64,000 nt of DNA from Epithemia pelagica (taxonomy: Eukaryota > Protista > Bacillariophyta). The notes below the pieces were generated by a model that worked only from the letters and a program-made list of their open reading frames with translations, ran no database searches and had not been told where the DNA came from. A program made the position numbers and the translations under genes. Below are positions 1 to 11,782 of the stretch, piece by piece. The stretch is from contig OX337240.1 in NCBI GenBank assembly GCA_946965045.2, positions 2,790,001 to 2,854,000 on the forward strand, given 5' to 3'. Position 1 is the stretch's first letter. The number at the start of each line of letters is the position of its first letter.

Positions 1-1538
1 ATCTCACCAAGTGGCAGGCTGCAGCCAGCAAAGAAATCCGAGAACTAGAAGAAAAGGGAACATGGGTAGAGGTGCAGCAGAGTGAAGCAACTACGCGAAT
101 TTTACCCGGTACCTGGGTGTTTAAACGCAAAAGAACCCCTGACGGAGAAATTTCCAAGTTCAAAGCACGATATTGCGTTCGCGGTGACCTCCAGGAGTCA
201 GAGCAAGAGAACTATTCCCCTGTAGTCAACTGGAGTACTATTCGCATTGTACTCACCCTCAGTCTGATTCTAGGATGGGAACTTGCATGCATTGACTTCA
301 ATAACGCTTTCGTGCAAGCCACTTTGAATGAACCCGTATGGATCCATCTGCCTAGAGGATTTCGATCATCGTTAAAAGGAACTACATGCCTTAGGTTGGT
401 CAAAAGCCTCTATGGATTGTCATCGGCACCTAGACTGTGGTATGACCACCTAATACAGGCCCTCAAGGAAGACGGATTCCAAATGAGTAAACACGACCAA
501 TGTTTACTGTACAAGGAAAACATAATCATCTTTCTATGGGTAGACGACTGTGGAGTGTGCGCACCTACAATTACCTTAATTGACGAACTAGTTGAACGAT
601 TGAAGAAAAAGGGCTTATCACTGGAAAAAGAAGGAAATTTCACCAATTATTTGGGGATCAACTTTGTCCGAGATGAAAAGACCAATTCGATCACCATGAC
701 TCAAAAGGGACTTATCAACAAGGTAATTGACGCTACCAATATGCAGGACTGCAACCCGAATTGGACCCCTGCTACACAATTAGCATTGGGAAGCGATCCT
801 GATGGGGAACCCATGAAAGAGAAATGGCAATACAGCTCTATCGTGGGAATGTTACTGTACCTTGCAACTAACACCCGACCAGATATAGCCTTCGCTGTGA
901 GCCAAGTAGCACGATTCAACTCTAATCCGAAGAAATCACATGCGGCAGCAGTGAAAACTATAGTGCGCTATCTAGCACGCACCAAGGATAAAGGAACCAT
1001 CTTTACGCCAACTAAAGATTTCAAGCTAGATTGCTATGTAGATGCCGATTTCGCAGGACTACATGGAAGGGAGCCTCAAGACAACCCAGTAAGTGCTAAG
1101 TCCAGGACTGGTTACATTCTTAGCTTTTGTGGGTGTCCTCTTATTTGGCGGTCGCAGCTACAATCATCAGTTGCACTAAGTACCCTCCAAGCCGAGTACC
1201 ACGCTCTCTCCCAAGCCATGCGAAGTGTGATAGCTACAAGACGCGTGATAGAGGAACTTCTAGCAAACCTAGACCTGCCATTTGAGAAGCCGACCATCTT
1301 CTCTGAAGTATTTGAAGACAATACAGGTGCCTTCTATCTTGCAACTAAGCAAAGATTGACACCTAGGACAAAACACTTCAACACGTACTTACACTTCTTC
1401 TGGGAACATGTAGGTGATCACCCAGGCGGAGTGAAGGTAAGCATGGTAGGAACCGAGGAACAAAGGGCAGATTATTTCACCAAGTGCCAAACTCGGGAAC
1501 TCTTCGAAAAGTGCCGTAAGCTCAATCAAGGATGGTAA
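1..1538 (+). CDS. Ty1/Copia pol, RT and RNase H portion (5'-partial, frame open from the window edge)
   Basis: KARYCVRGDLQ, IDFNNAFVQA, LVKSLYGL, LWVDDC (RT); YVDADFAG, SRTGY, ALSTLQAEY, FEDNTGA, RTKHF (Copia RNase H); stop at 1536-1538. Confidence 0.95.
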   Translation, partial: LTKWQAAASKEIRELEEKGTWVEVQQSEATTRILPGTWVFKRKRTPDGEISKFKARYCVRGDLQESEQENYSPVVNWSTIRIVLTLSLILGWELACIDFNNAFVQATLNEPVWIHLPRGFRSSLKGTTCLRLVKSLYGLSSAPRLWYDHLIQALKEDGFQMSKHDQCLLYKENIIIFLWVDDCGVCAPTITLIDELVERLKKKGLSLEKEGNFTNYLGINFVRDEKTNSITMTQKGLINKVIDATNMQDCNPNWTPATQLALGSDPDGEPMKEKWQYSSIVGMLLYLATNTRPDIAFAVSQVARFNSNPKKSHAAAVKTIVRYLARTKDKGTIFTPTKDFKLDCYVDADFAGLHGREPQDNPVSAKSRTGYILSFCGCPLIWRSQLQSSVALSTLQAEYHALSQAMRSVIATRRVIEELLANLDLPFEKPTIFSEVFEDNTGAFYLATKQRLTPRTKHFNTYLHFFWEHVGDHPGGVKVSMVGTEEQRADYFTKCQTRELFEKCRKLNQGW

Positions 1539-2350
1539 ACTGAGTCTACGGCATGTCGTAATTCCCCAATCACTCCATGAGAGGGAGAGTTAAAGTACGG
1601 CTAGCTATAGACCTAGAACTACCTTTCGAAGAACAACACCTAGACTCTATGAGAGTACACGTCTACCATGACATAGCTGTGCCATCTGTCCTGCAAGCTT
1701 GTGCGAACACGTGCGTGGACGGCTGACGAAGCTGTGCCCATGTATGTGACATGTCCGAGCCTGCGGCACAATGTTCCCTCTCTGAATAACCCTGGTGTTT
1801 TGTGATACACATTTACATATGCCCACTACTATCTACGACAGGCAAAAGCCGGACGAGCTCCACTCGGAAGCAAAGTCCAGGCTATGTCTCACCTAAAACA
1901 TACACGTCTCCAACTTACAACAAGATTCACCAAAGGATCATGGATACTTGGTTCAAGCCAATAGTTCCGCCTTTATCCCTCACAGTTTGAGTATATGGAA
2001 CAGGTTCTATGCACTAAGAGAACAGGTTCCATTAGTCCCTAAACGTAGAGCGTCTGTAGCGCCTTACCTAGAAGTCAAAGATGTTTCTTCACCGGGCCCA
2101 ACGATTCGGGAAAAGTAAACTCTTTATGACTGAAAGGAAGTAATGAAAGAGCAATCATGAGAAACAAACACTTTCGATAGAATAAGCTCACTTCTTATAA
2201 AAACCTGAAAGTTGTAAGCAACCTTTAGGAAGGAGTCAACCATACTAACCTAGTACAAGGTGAGGGCCCCATCGTGTACCGAGTGAACTGGTTGACTACA
2301 GAAGTTCAGAGCACTAACCATCACGTCTTACGTTAGTTTTTCTACATACA
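1..2350 (+). mobile_element. Copia LTR retrotransposon (CoDi-like), 3' part with PPT and putative 3' LTR
   Basis: pol ends at 1538; purine tract GAGAGGGAG at 1579-1587; the putative LTR starts ~1588 (AGTTAAAG, one change from TGTTAAAG). The LTR right end (~2350) is a guess because the 5' LTR is outside the window. Confidence 0.7.
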
Positions 2351-3670
2351 TTAAGTGACCACGAGGATCGCCGACAAAACTCGAACAAAAGAAGCTCGGC
2401 GCAAGGATTGACTGAACCATGTTGGCAAAGCTTGAAAGTACGCCGTAACCGCATTGTGGAAGTCTGTGACACCACCGGCAGTCGACAGTGACGGGGCACT
2501 GAGCTTCATGGGTAGACAAACGGAAGGTTGGCTTGGTTGGTTGTTGGTTCGAAGGATGCTCTCCCTCTATGGTTGTTGTTGTTCCGACGAAAATTCAGTC
2601 CTTTGCGCAGCCAAGGCGACATCAGTATGGAATACACCAAACCAGTGCCACCAGTCCTGGAGAACGAAATTTCGTTTGTTCGGATCAATGAACTCTTCTT
2701 CTGTTAAAGTGGCAAGGATTCTGTGAACAACAAGCGAAACCAAGGTGGATTGGGTGAGTTTTGACGCGACAAGCAGAGAATCACAATCCACAAATGAACT
2801 GATTCACTTCCCAAAACATGCACTGCATGAATCACACCGACAACAGCAGCAACTGTAGAACCCGAAAGTGCTAAGCTGTCATATTGATGAATGACAGCGT
2901 GGCAAGAGGAAGATTCGGAAGTCGACATGGCGAAATTTGTGGGCCGTTGGATGGAGATTTTGGTTCCAAATCGTTTAGGATTCGTTTAGGTCTTTCGACT
3001 GCTTCCAGAAGATGACCGATCGAAACTCCTAAACAAGAGGCCTTTCACGCCTAAACTGGAGGCCAAATGCGTCTGAACGTCGTACGATTTGGAGCGATCT
3101 GATTGGCTAAGAATAGGATTTTTAGGATTTTAGGTCAAACCGTTTTCCTCCAATGGCGTATACTTATGGGCGGCATGCACAAGAAGCTACCTAGTATTCC
3201 TAGGTCAGATCCATCTACCTACTCGTAGCTGTGAGAGTTCTCCTAGTTGAATTATCCTTTGTGGATGTCTAGAATACAAATATCTTCATCGTCTATCTTC
3301 AGCCGTCAATCTATAGTTTCTCCTCCTGAGGAAAGTGAAAGTGACAATAGTCACATGCACAAGTTCTGCGCAACGTTTTGGCATTTCGCAACTGGGTGTC
3401 GTTCCTCTATTACTAGGTAGTACGACCCGGATAACACAAGACGACGAAAAGATTTGACCCGTTTCGGATGGAGTCTACTCGTCCTAAGCGAATAGCATCC
3501 AGCAACCACGAATTTTAGGCCTAGGACTAGTGCAAAAAGTGGGAGTCCGTAGTCGAATCGGGAGGTTTGTGTTCGTACTATAGCGCTATTCATGTGGTAG
3601 TCCACCAAGACGGGTGGAGGATTCTCTTTCTCTTCTTCTTTTTTGGTTCTGTTGCATTTTGTTGGACACG

Positions 3671-5939
3671 TTAAAACAATCCCATGACTTCTCCCGTTTC
3701 GGTATTGAGATCGACATCGTAAAAGCCGGGCCGGGTGGGCAATCCGGGAATGGTGGTGATATCGCCACAAATGGGATACAAAAAGCCGGCGCCGACACAG
3801 GCACGAATTTCCCGCACCGTCACGATATGATCGACCGGCACACCCTTGAGGGCGGGATTGCAACTAAAACTATATTGCGTCTTGGCGATGCAAATGGGAA
3901 ACTTGTCAAAGCCGGCATCGACATATTGTTGCATTTGTCGTTGGGCCAATTCGGAATATTCGACGCCGCTGGCCCCATAAATTTCGCGACTAATCAAGGC
4001 AATCTTGTCGGGAATGCTCAAATTCACATCGTACAGGTACTGAAAGACATCGCCGTCTTGAACAGCGGCATCACAGACCGTGGCCACGGCTTGGGCCAAG
4101 TCGGCCGCTCCATCGCCACCCTGGGCCCAATGATTGGCAATCACGGCGGCATGGGCTCCGGCCTGCAAGGCGGCCGCTTGCACGGCTTGCAATTCGGCAG
4201 CCGTGTCGGTTTGAAATTGATTAATGGCCACCACGACGCGAACGCCAAATTTCAAGGCATTTTGTACATGCTTGGCCAAATTGGCACACCCGGCTTGGAC
4301 GAGTTGTACGCGTTCTTCCTTGTACTCGGGTGCCAAGGGTTGTCCAGCCGACACGGCCGGTCCACCGCCATGCATTTTCAAGGCCCGGACCGTGGCAACA
4401 ACCACGGCACAGCGCGGTTGCAAAATATCGGGACTGGCCCGGCATTTGATATTGAAACATTTTTCCATGCCAATGTCGGCGCCAAATCCAGCCTCGGTCA
4501 CGACAAAGCCGGCCGTATCCGAGCCTTGTTGTTTGGCCGTGACGAGTTGCAAGGCCAATTCATCGGCCACGACGGACGAATTGCCCGTGGCAATATTGGC
4601 AAAGGGACCGGCATGGACCAGGACGGGTGTTCGTTCGACGGTTTGCATCAAGGTGGGCAGGAGGGCATCCTTCATGAGGACCGTCAAGGCCCCGCCACAC
4701 CCCAAATCATCCGCCGTAATGGCCTCTCGTTTGCCCGTCGTGGCATGAACGTGGGAATAGCCCACCACCATGCGCCCCAATTTTTCGCGCAAATCGTCCA
4801 AATCCCGCGCCAAGGCCAAGACGGCCATGACTTCGGAGGCGACGGTAATGTCAAAGCCCGTGAGACGGGAATGTTGTTCCCGGGGACCGTCGGGGTTGGT
4901 TTGGGACTTGACGGTTTCCTTGCTGCCCATGCCGACTTGGACTTGCCGCAAATGCCGATCGCAGGTATCCAAGACGCGTTGCCAAGTAATGGTGGACGGA
5001 TCAATGTCGAGCCGAATGACGGTTGCAATTTGGTCCGGGGTCAACTCCGTTGGTTTGAGCGTCGGATCCAGTCCCACCTTTTTCAAACGTCGTTGCATCA
5101 TGGGCGAAAAGGCTTGATCGCCATTCTTTCCCGACAGCACAATGCGTTTGTAGAGGGCGGCATTGGTTTGACTGGCTTCATGAAACATGCGCGATTCGAG
5201 AGCGGCCGCCAACAAATTGTTGGCCGCCGTCACGGCATGAATGTCGCCCGTCAAGTGCAAATTGAATTCTTCCATGGGCACGACTTGGGCATAACCGCCG
5301 CCGGCGGCGCCGCCCTTGATGCCAAAGGTCGGACCTTGACTGGGTTGTCGAATACAGGCCACGGCCGTCCGACCCAAACTCGCCCCCAAGGCTTGGGCCA
5401 AGCCAATCGTCGTCGTCGATTTGCCTTCCCCGAGCGGCGTTGGATTAATCCCCGTCACCACGACATAGTGGGCCAACGCATTGTTATTGTTGGTCGTCGT
5501 CTCTGTTGTTTGTTTGGCTTTGCGAGTGGCAATGGCCGACAGGGGAATCTTGGCCTTGGCAATGCCCCAGGGAATCACCTCGTGCGGTTCCAAGCCCAAT
5601 CTAGAGAAAGAATAGAATAGAGTAGAAGTAGCAGTAATCATAGAAAGAGAGACAAACCATGCCGTGTGTGTGTGAGAGAGAGAGTGACTGTGTGTGGTCC
5701 CAACGACACACTTGTGTGTATTCGTTCCGTCTGTCTACCACCACCGATAAAAACAACAACAACAACAAGAACGGTACGTACTGTTGTGCCAATTCGTCCA
5801 AGGGCAACAATCCCACGTCTTGCACAATGGATTGCGAAATGGCAATGTCACTGGGCACGGGTGATTTGGGTACCAATTTCGGATAGCCCAAGGCATTGAG
5901 ATTATTCGTAGCAGTCGTAGTAGTATCATCAGCACTCAT
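3671..5939 (-). CDS. FTHFS: Formate--tetrahydrofolate ligase (monofunctional FTHFS), 2 exons join(5782..5939,3671..5600), ~695 aa
   Basis: [65 protein letters not shown]. The GTACGT...CTCTAG intron 5601-5781 joins exon 1 (MSADD...PSDIAISQ) in the correct phase. Confidence 0.96.
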
Positions 5940-6106
5940 GTTGGTTGTGGTGGTGGTTGTTGTGGGGGATTGGACGATTCCGAATACTACCGGTAGAAGG
6001 ATGGTCCTTGGTCGAGAATCAGAAAACAGAATGAGCAGGCAACAAAGCATGATCCGTCCCTCTCCTTTTGTCGTCCAAGGAAAAGATCCACACTCCACAA
6101 ATCGGA

Positions 6107-6123
6107 GCTGACGTCAGTCATTT
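6107..6123. promoter_or_regulatory. Candidate bZIP/CRE-type site GCTGACGTCAGTCATTT upstream of FTHFS
   Basis: Palindrome TGACGTCA at 6109-6116; the same 17-mer recurs at 9377-9393. Confidence 0.3.
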
Positions 6124-6907
6124 CCGGTCGCGGATAAATCAAGTCGCGAATGGGACGCCCATCCGTTTGGGGACGCGCTAAGGTCGCGTAGGGGAGCGAG
6201 CACAAACCTCGATGGAATTGCCCCAGCAAAAAGCAAGCAAGCAACAAGACAACGGGGACCTTTTTGTCACGTTCCATGATATATATCTTGGACAAGGTCC
6301 ATGTGCTCGAGAGCATTGGTGCCGCTTTTCGGCCTGCGAGAACGGCCACCAAAGCTCGTTCGAACTACCGTAATACTTTAGCTCCAGTAGTGATGGGACG
6401 GTGCTATCCAGAACACTGCAAGAAGAATCTCACGTCTCGTGTCTCGATGATAGAACGCGGTTTCTCTTGGATCCCTCTTGGATCAGTCCATTGCATAGTG
6501 TATAGCTACTTCTAAGCTACTTCTAAGAATCGCAGAAATGGTTGAAGCATCGTACTCGATTATCATGGATGGTGGAACAGAATCAAATTACTTCCGTATT
6601 GTACGGTGAAAAAGTTTCTTGGGGAAGTTTCGATTGCGTTTCTTCCGAATATGTCATCGTCGCCAGTCGCCATGGTCGTCGCTCAGATACAGTAGCAGTA
6701 GCAGGCACTGGAGGCGATCCCGTGGATTTCTCGTGTGGTGATTGGCTGCTTCTGCTTCCAGATGCCCGGGACACTTTGCCTCTCGGCCGCGGCCACACCA
6801 TGCGACAGTCTGGTCTCACAAAACCCAATTTGCTCTCTCTCTCGCTCCGCTCCGATCCATTGGATCGTCCTTGCGCGTCTCATTCCAAACATTGAACACA
6901 ATCCATC

Positions 6908-7689
6908 ATGCCGTGCTGGTAAGTAGTACCCAAGGTTGGCGTCTTGTTGTTGTTGGGTTTTGCGGCTACTTGGTCACGGACACTCTCCAAGATGCGTGCC
7001 TTGCGCAGTTCCCCCTTCCAACCAGAGGTGTGGAATCGAAACCATGATAGCAAAGAAGATGGTGAATACAAGTCTGGATCTATTGTATTACTCACGATAC
7101 TGTCATTGCTAATGTTGCTTTTGTCCCCATTTGACGACAACTTCCTCCATGTCCATCCACACAGTGTTTATAAGGATTCCATGCTCAGGACGGCTCAACT
7201 CTTGTCGATGTTTGCCCTTGTCCTTACATTTGGCGGCCTCATGGAAGGCATTGTGATGGGATTGGCTGCCATGATTGTTCTACACAAGTCGCATGGTGTG
7301 CCCGCCTGGGTCAAGTTCTCTGGAATATCACCGCCTCCTTGGCCGCAGTCGTGTCGCTCATGGACTTGATTTGGGCCATTGTATTCGTGGTACAAGCGGA
7401 ACATGTCTGTGAATCGTCGTCGTCGGATTCTTGTGCCTGGCAAGCCTGGGCTGCCATGTTGTTTGTGTCCATTGCCTTGTGGATGATAGTCTCGAGTCTT
7501 GTCGTTGGCTTTACCAATTCGAAACGCTTGGAAACGTGCTACATCAGCGAACGCGAAAACCATGTCGGTCCTCCCGTCCTGTCGACAACGGCTGCGCCGG
7601 TCGTGCAAGTGTTTCATGACGAGGAACACAATGCCACGCCGGCAACTGTCACCAGCACTCTACCCGGTACCACCCCGGTAGAAACTTGA
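6908..7689 (+). pseudogene. 4-TM (MPCC) family paralog, pseudogene
   Basis: Exon 1 ATGCCGTGCTG 6908-6918, intron to 7164, then VYKDSMLRTAQ. A 2-nt insertion (ctaCAcaagt, ~7283) shifts the frame, and TGA at 7687 falls where the paralog at 20827 continues. Confidence 0.8.
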
Positions 7690-8099
7690 GAAATGGCACC
7701 AAGAACACCATTTCGACCACCATCCATGCCAATGGATCCAAGACGGTTGATGAGGAAACCATTGAAAACTCTGCAGCTTCTAGTAGAATGTAGGCAACCA
7801 GCTTGCCTCTTTGGGAAACAAACGCGTACCAGTTTGCTTGCCGACGCATGGGTAGAAAATCTGAATATTGTTGTTGTTGTTGTTGTTGTCGAATGCACTT
7901 GTGCTTGTTGTGAGTGTCGCTGCGTTCCATGCTTTGTACATACCTGATTTCTTCTTGACAACATGTTTGCCCAATGTTACCAGGAAGCAATGTATCATTG
8001 GTAACGCCACACATTAGAATCGACAAGTCCACAAGCCCTATACTGAAAACCGCTAGTCTCGTGGCAACGCCTCTGGTCCATTTTTGGTTGTGGTCCAAA

Positions 8100-8890
8100 A
8101 GGTTCCACCAGACGCCCATCCACCAAACCGTCATGGAACGTGCCATGACCACCGTGGCAAGAACGAACCACAACCATGGATTCCGTCCACGGCTACAGTG
8201 TGGGATCGGTCGTCAAGGCCCAACCATATATCTCGTCACTAGACCCCGTTGGGTTGAGTGGAAGGATTTGGTCATGTCGTCGTCGTCGTGGTCCTGATTG
8301 TCCTTGGTAGTATCACGGAGATTGTTGGCCAACCGGTGGGCCGGAATCGGTCGACGACTACCGTAGTGAACGTTGCGCAGTGTCGCAACAGGCCGACGAG
8401 CATCTGGATCTACCATGGGATGGCAGTTGTGGCGGGGAGCACCGTAGCCATTGGCGGTGCAGCCAATGACTGTGGTCCCGGTTGGCCTTGTTGTGGTACT
8501 ACCGTATATGTGTGGACGAATATATCTGCTCGTTCCGGTTCCACGAATTGGACAAAAGGTGCGTCATCTACTACCTACCATGACGGGCACGGTCACTTTG
8601 GGCGTGGTGGAGGGTTCCACAGGATTGTCGGGGGGGATCATGACCACATTGTCCTGTGAGAATGGTCTTCCTACCGCGGTCTGTAGAGTGACGAGCCGGT
8701 CGATCGACCGACCGACCTTGATGGGAGTAACAATAAGTTGGTCCAAGATTTCTTCCAAAAGTTCCACCAAGAAATAGATCTGGTCCAGGATGGATGTTCG
8801 ACTCAAAATACGGTGCTTGTTGTAACGTCGGTTGGACCGAGCCTTGTGGCGTCGAAACAAGGAGACTTGGCATTGGTTGCAGTGAGGGAT
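8100..8890 (-). pseudogene. Truncated, frameshifted copy of the 3' region of the TKL kinase gene at 17177-20563
   Basis: [20 protein letters not shown] and [16 protein letters not shown] match the kinase C-terminal tail; no kinase domain is present. Confidence 0.8.
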
Positions 8891-10585
8891 GCGCCTCGGC
8901 GAAACTTGTATCTACAAGAAAGTAGAGGGACTCTATAATACATGGAGGCCGTCGGCTTTGTTGTAGATGCAAGTTTCGTGGATCGACATCCTGCCAAAAG
9001 TCAACAAACGACTCGCCAAGAATGAGAGAGCTCCGTGGCATTCGAGGTGCATGCAAAAGGAGACGAGTCTCCCGCAAACGCGCAATCTCCATGGCAGTCA
9101 CTGCACGTTGGAGTCACACGCTGGTTATTGGCGAGTCTCATTCGTTTGGTTTGGGAGCAGCTTTGGAATCTCTCCTTGTGCATCACACTGCCAGCGAACG
9201 GAGTGGTCGGTGAGTGCCAGCACGGTGAATTCACAAGGACACTTACCGCGGCGTCGTGGTGGCAGCGGGCAAGTTCGTGTTCCACAGAGGTACGCTTCGA
9301 TGAAAAAACATGAAACAACCAGCAACAACCACTGTCTAAAATTAGTAACGCGGTAAGGTAACCCCCGAATGCTACTGCTGACGTCAGTCATTTTCGATCG
9401 CGAATATATCCATTTCAATCCTTTTTCGTCGCGGAAAAATTGTTCGCTATATAGTCGCGTATGGGATTGGGAGGTCCATCGACCATGGACATGGAAGTAC
9501 AACGACGACGTCAACCCGTCCGTGTTGTTGCTGTTCTCTCCCCCTCGCCAGACACAGCATGATGAAAGACACACACCACACTGCGGCTGTCAAAGACACA
9601 CACCCAAACTTCCTGGGCAAAGGACGGCATCCCCAACACCCCCAACAACAACATGATGTCTGTCTCAAAGACATGATGAACAACAATCCAACTATCTACA
9701 ACAAGAGATTCCCAGATTGACACAAGGCCTGTCTGGGTTGTTGGACGGACACCAAACGATCTTTTTTTGTCGTGGACAACGCAGCAGCAAACAGCAGACA
9801 CATCATCATCATGAATCATGATCATCATCGAACTTGTTGCTTTGCACAGTCCACGTCTGGAATCGGATTGCTACATCCGAAAAACCTGTTTCGTACTTGG
9901 AAGAGCAGATGCGTTCAACGGTTGGAGGATCACGAGGCATGTTGTGTAAGTATCGCATTGTATATACTAGGTAGAGGAAGGACCTTGTTGGAGAGATCTT
10001 CCAGCAAAAAGTCCGTGTACATGGTTGGTCCTTCGCCATTATTGGGATCGTCCACGAGCGCCAGATCCATTTACTACAATGTATAGGAGCAAAACAGAGT
10101 CTCGAGGTGGAAGAGTAGTAGTAGTATGTACGAAAGCAATTATTATTTGTACGCTCTATCGAATCTCTCTACTCGGTTCTTGCTAGGGACTGGACAAGGG
10201 GAGATGCGGTGGTTGTTCCTGTTCGGACAAGGATCATCAGTCAGTATCATCACCAGCAGTATCATCTTGCTCATGATTCTTTTTTTCAGACGTGAACAAA
10301 ACCCTTGCCAGTTGTGTATACTAGAATGTGCAACGCGCAAAAGAGCATCTCTATCCATGGAGACATGTCGTCGTCGTCGTCGTCGTGTAGATGCAAAAAA
10401 AAATCACAATACTCGAGGGAAGCAGCCGCCGTATCATTCGCGGTCGCACTCGAAACCACTTGCCAGCAAACGCCAAGCTGTTCCACGGCAAGCAAGCAAA
10501 CATGGTTTCCACGTACGCTTGGGGAAACCATTGGTTGGTCTGTTTCTTGTTTGTTTGGTCGTTCGTCCATTCGTTTCATGGTTCC

Positions 10586-11782
10586 CTAGGCAAACCAATT
10601 GGACCAGCCATCGGCCGCCCATTGTTCCGTCAAGGCGGAAGAAGCCGCTGGTACCACTGCGACCTCGACTTGATCTCGAAAGGTGACGACGGACGGTGAT
10701 CTTGTCAAGACGGGCGGTTTGATGCGGCGAACCTCGACCTGACCGGTCGAACTGTACCGTCCCGTGCGTCGCAAGGCCGACGGCCGCGGCACTCGTGGAT
10801 CCAATTGGGACGTGGACATGGTTTTGCGCAAATCCTGAATGCGTTCCGACGGATAGTGCAACAAGGAAGGAGACGATACGGTGGTCTTGACGGGGGCGTC
10901 CAGGGGGGCACCAGCCAACGCAGTTGGGTGGTGGTGACTGCCTCCTTCCAACAAGAGCAAGGAGGTCAAGGAGGAAGGGACTACGGTCGAAGGAGGAACC
11001 TTGGTGGAGGGCGTGCTGTTGGTCAATCCAAAGATACTGCGACGTGGCTTAGCTGTAGAAGGAGGACTGCTGGGAGCTAGAGAATCGTTGGCTTGTTTTG
11101 GTGATGGTGGTTCTTGCACAGTCCTCGACTCTGGGTCCTTCTGGTGGTTGTCGTTGTTGGTGGTGGCTGGACCATTTTCCAACAAGAGTGGAAATGATTT
11201 GGGGAGTCGAAAGACAATGGGACACTTGCCTTGTTCACAGCCTTGTGCGGTCCAATAATCTTGAAAAATGGATCGAGAAGGTGAAACATGGTTCCAGTCT
11301 GGACGTGGTTCATCTTCTTTTTTTGGGAGTTGTTCCTCTTCCTCCAAACAACAGGAAATGGACGAACAATCATCTGCATCTTGGTGATGTGAGGAAGTCT
11401 TGTGCAAAGGTCCCTGTCGGACTTGGTGGTGGTGGTGGTGGTACTCTCCCCCTCCCTTGTCCTCCTCCTCATCCTCCAGTTGCGTGAGAGAACTGCTCGT
11501 GGTCACGGTAATTTGATCCAAGGGTGGAGGTACGGGTGTGTCACACTCTGTTTGCTTGTGGAGACAGTCGTGGTTCGACCCTTGCGGTTCCAACGCGGGT
11601 TGACCCATTGGTTCTTCTTGTTCTTGTTCATTCTGGCACTTGGTGGGAGATTGTCCCAACAAACCAGACCACAAAAACAGTCTCAAGTCATCATCATCTT
11701 CCTGTTCTTGACCAGTCCTAGTGGAGGCGGACATGATGTGATCTTGTACTGGTTGTTGTTCAGAGAGAGAATCGAGAGTCAT
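10586..11782 (-). CDS. Hypothetical low-complexity protein, ~398 aa
   Basis: Long ORF with acidic and Pro/Ser-rich tracts plus short ordered blocks (SPSRSIFQDYW, RPSALRRTGRYS, VTFRDQVEV, EQWAADGWSNWFA); ATG at 11782 assumed. Confidence 0.7.
   Translation of the reverse strand: MTLDSLSEQQPVQDHIMSASTRTGQEQEDDDDLRLFLWSGLLGQSPTKCQNEQEQEEPMGQPALEPQGSNHDCLHKQTECDTPVPPPLDQITVTTSSSLTQLEDEEEDKGGGEYHHHHHQVRQGPLHKTSSHHQDADDCSSISCCLEEEEQLPKKEDEPRPDWNHVSPSRSIFQDYWTAQGCEQGKCPIVFRLPKSFPLLLENGPATTNNDNHQKDPESRTVQEPPSPKQANDSLAPSSPPSTAKPRRSIFGLTNSTPSTKVPPSTVVPSSLTSLLLLEGGSHHHPTALAGAPLDAPVKTTVSSPSLLHYPSERIQDLRKTMSTSQLDPRVPRPSALRRTGRYSSTGQVEVRRIKPPVLTRSPSVVTFRDQVEVAVVPAASSALTEQWAADGWSNWFA

Larger units (their letters stand above)
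6210..8890. repeat. Left arm of a diverged inverted segmental duplication (partner ~19709-22645)
   Basis: Reverse-complement similarity across the promoter, the 4-TM gene and the kinase 3' region, e.g. GATCAGTCCA.TGCA.AGTGTATAGCTACTTCTAAG at ~6481 vs ~22367. Confidence 0.9.

Noticed and set aside
2350-3560. Minus-strand ORF fragments (e.g. EFIDPNKRNFVLQDWWHWFG) and short TTTAGGA repeats
   Set aside because: Interrupted by stops, no family recognised, no TIR or LTR pair found; the TTTAGG words are too few for a telomeric array.
3614-5620. 668-aa plus-strand ORF
   Set aside because: Antisense shadow of FTHFS in codon register; no recognisable motifs.
9000-10580. Several short ORFs between the duplication arm and the hypothetical gene
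   Set aside because: No motifs and no convincing splice structure.
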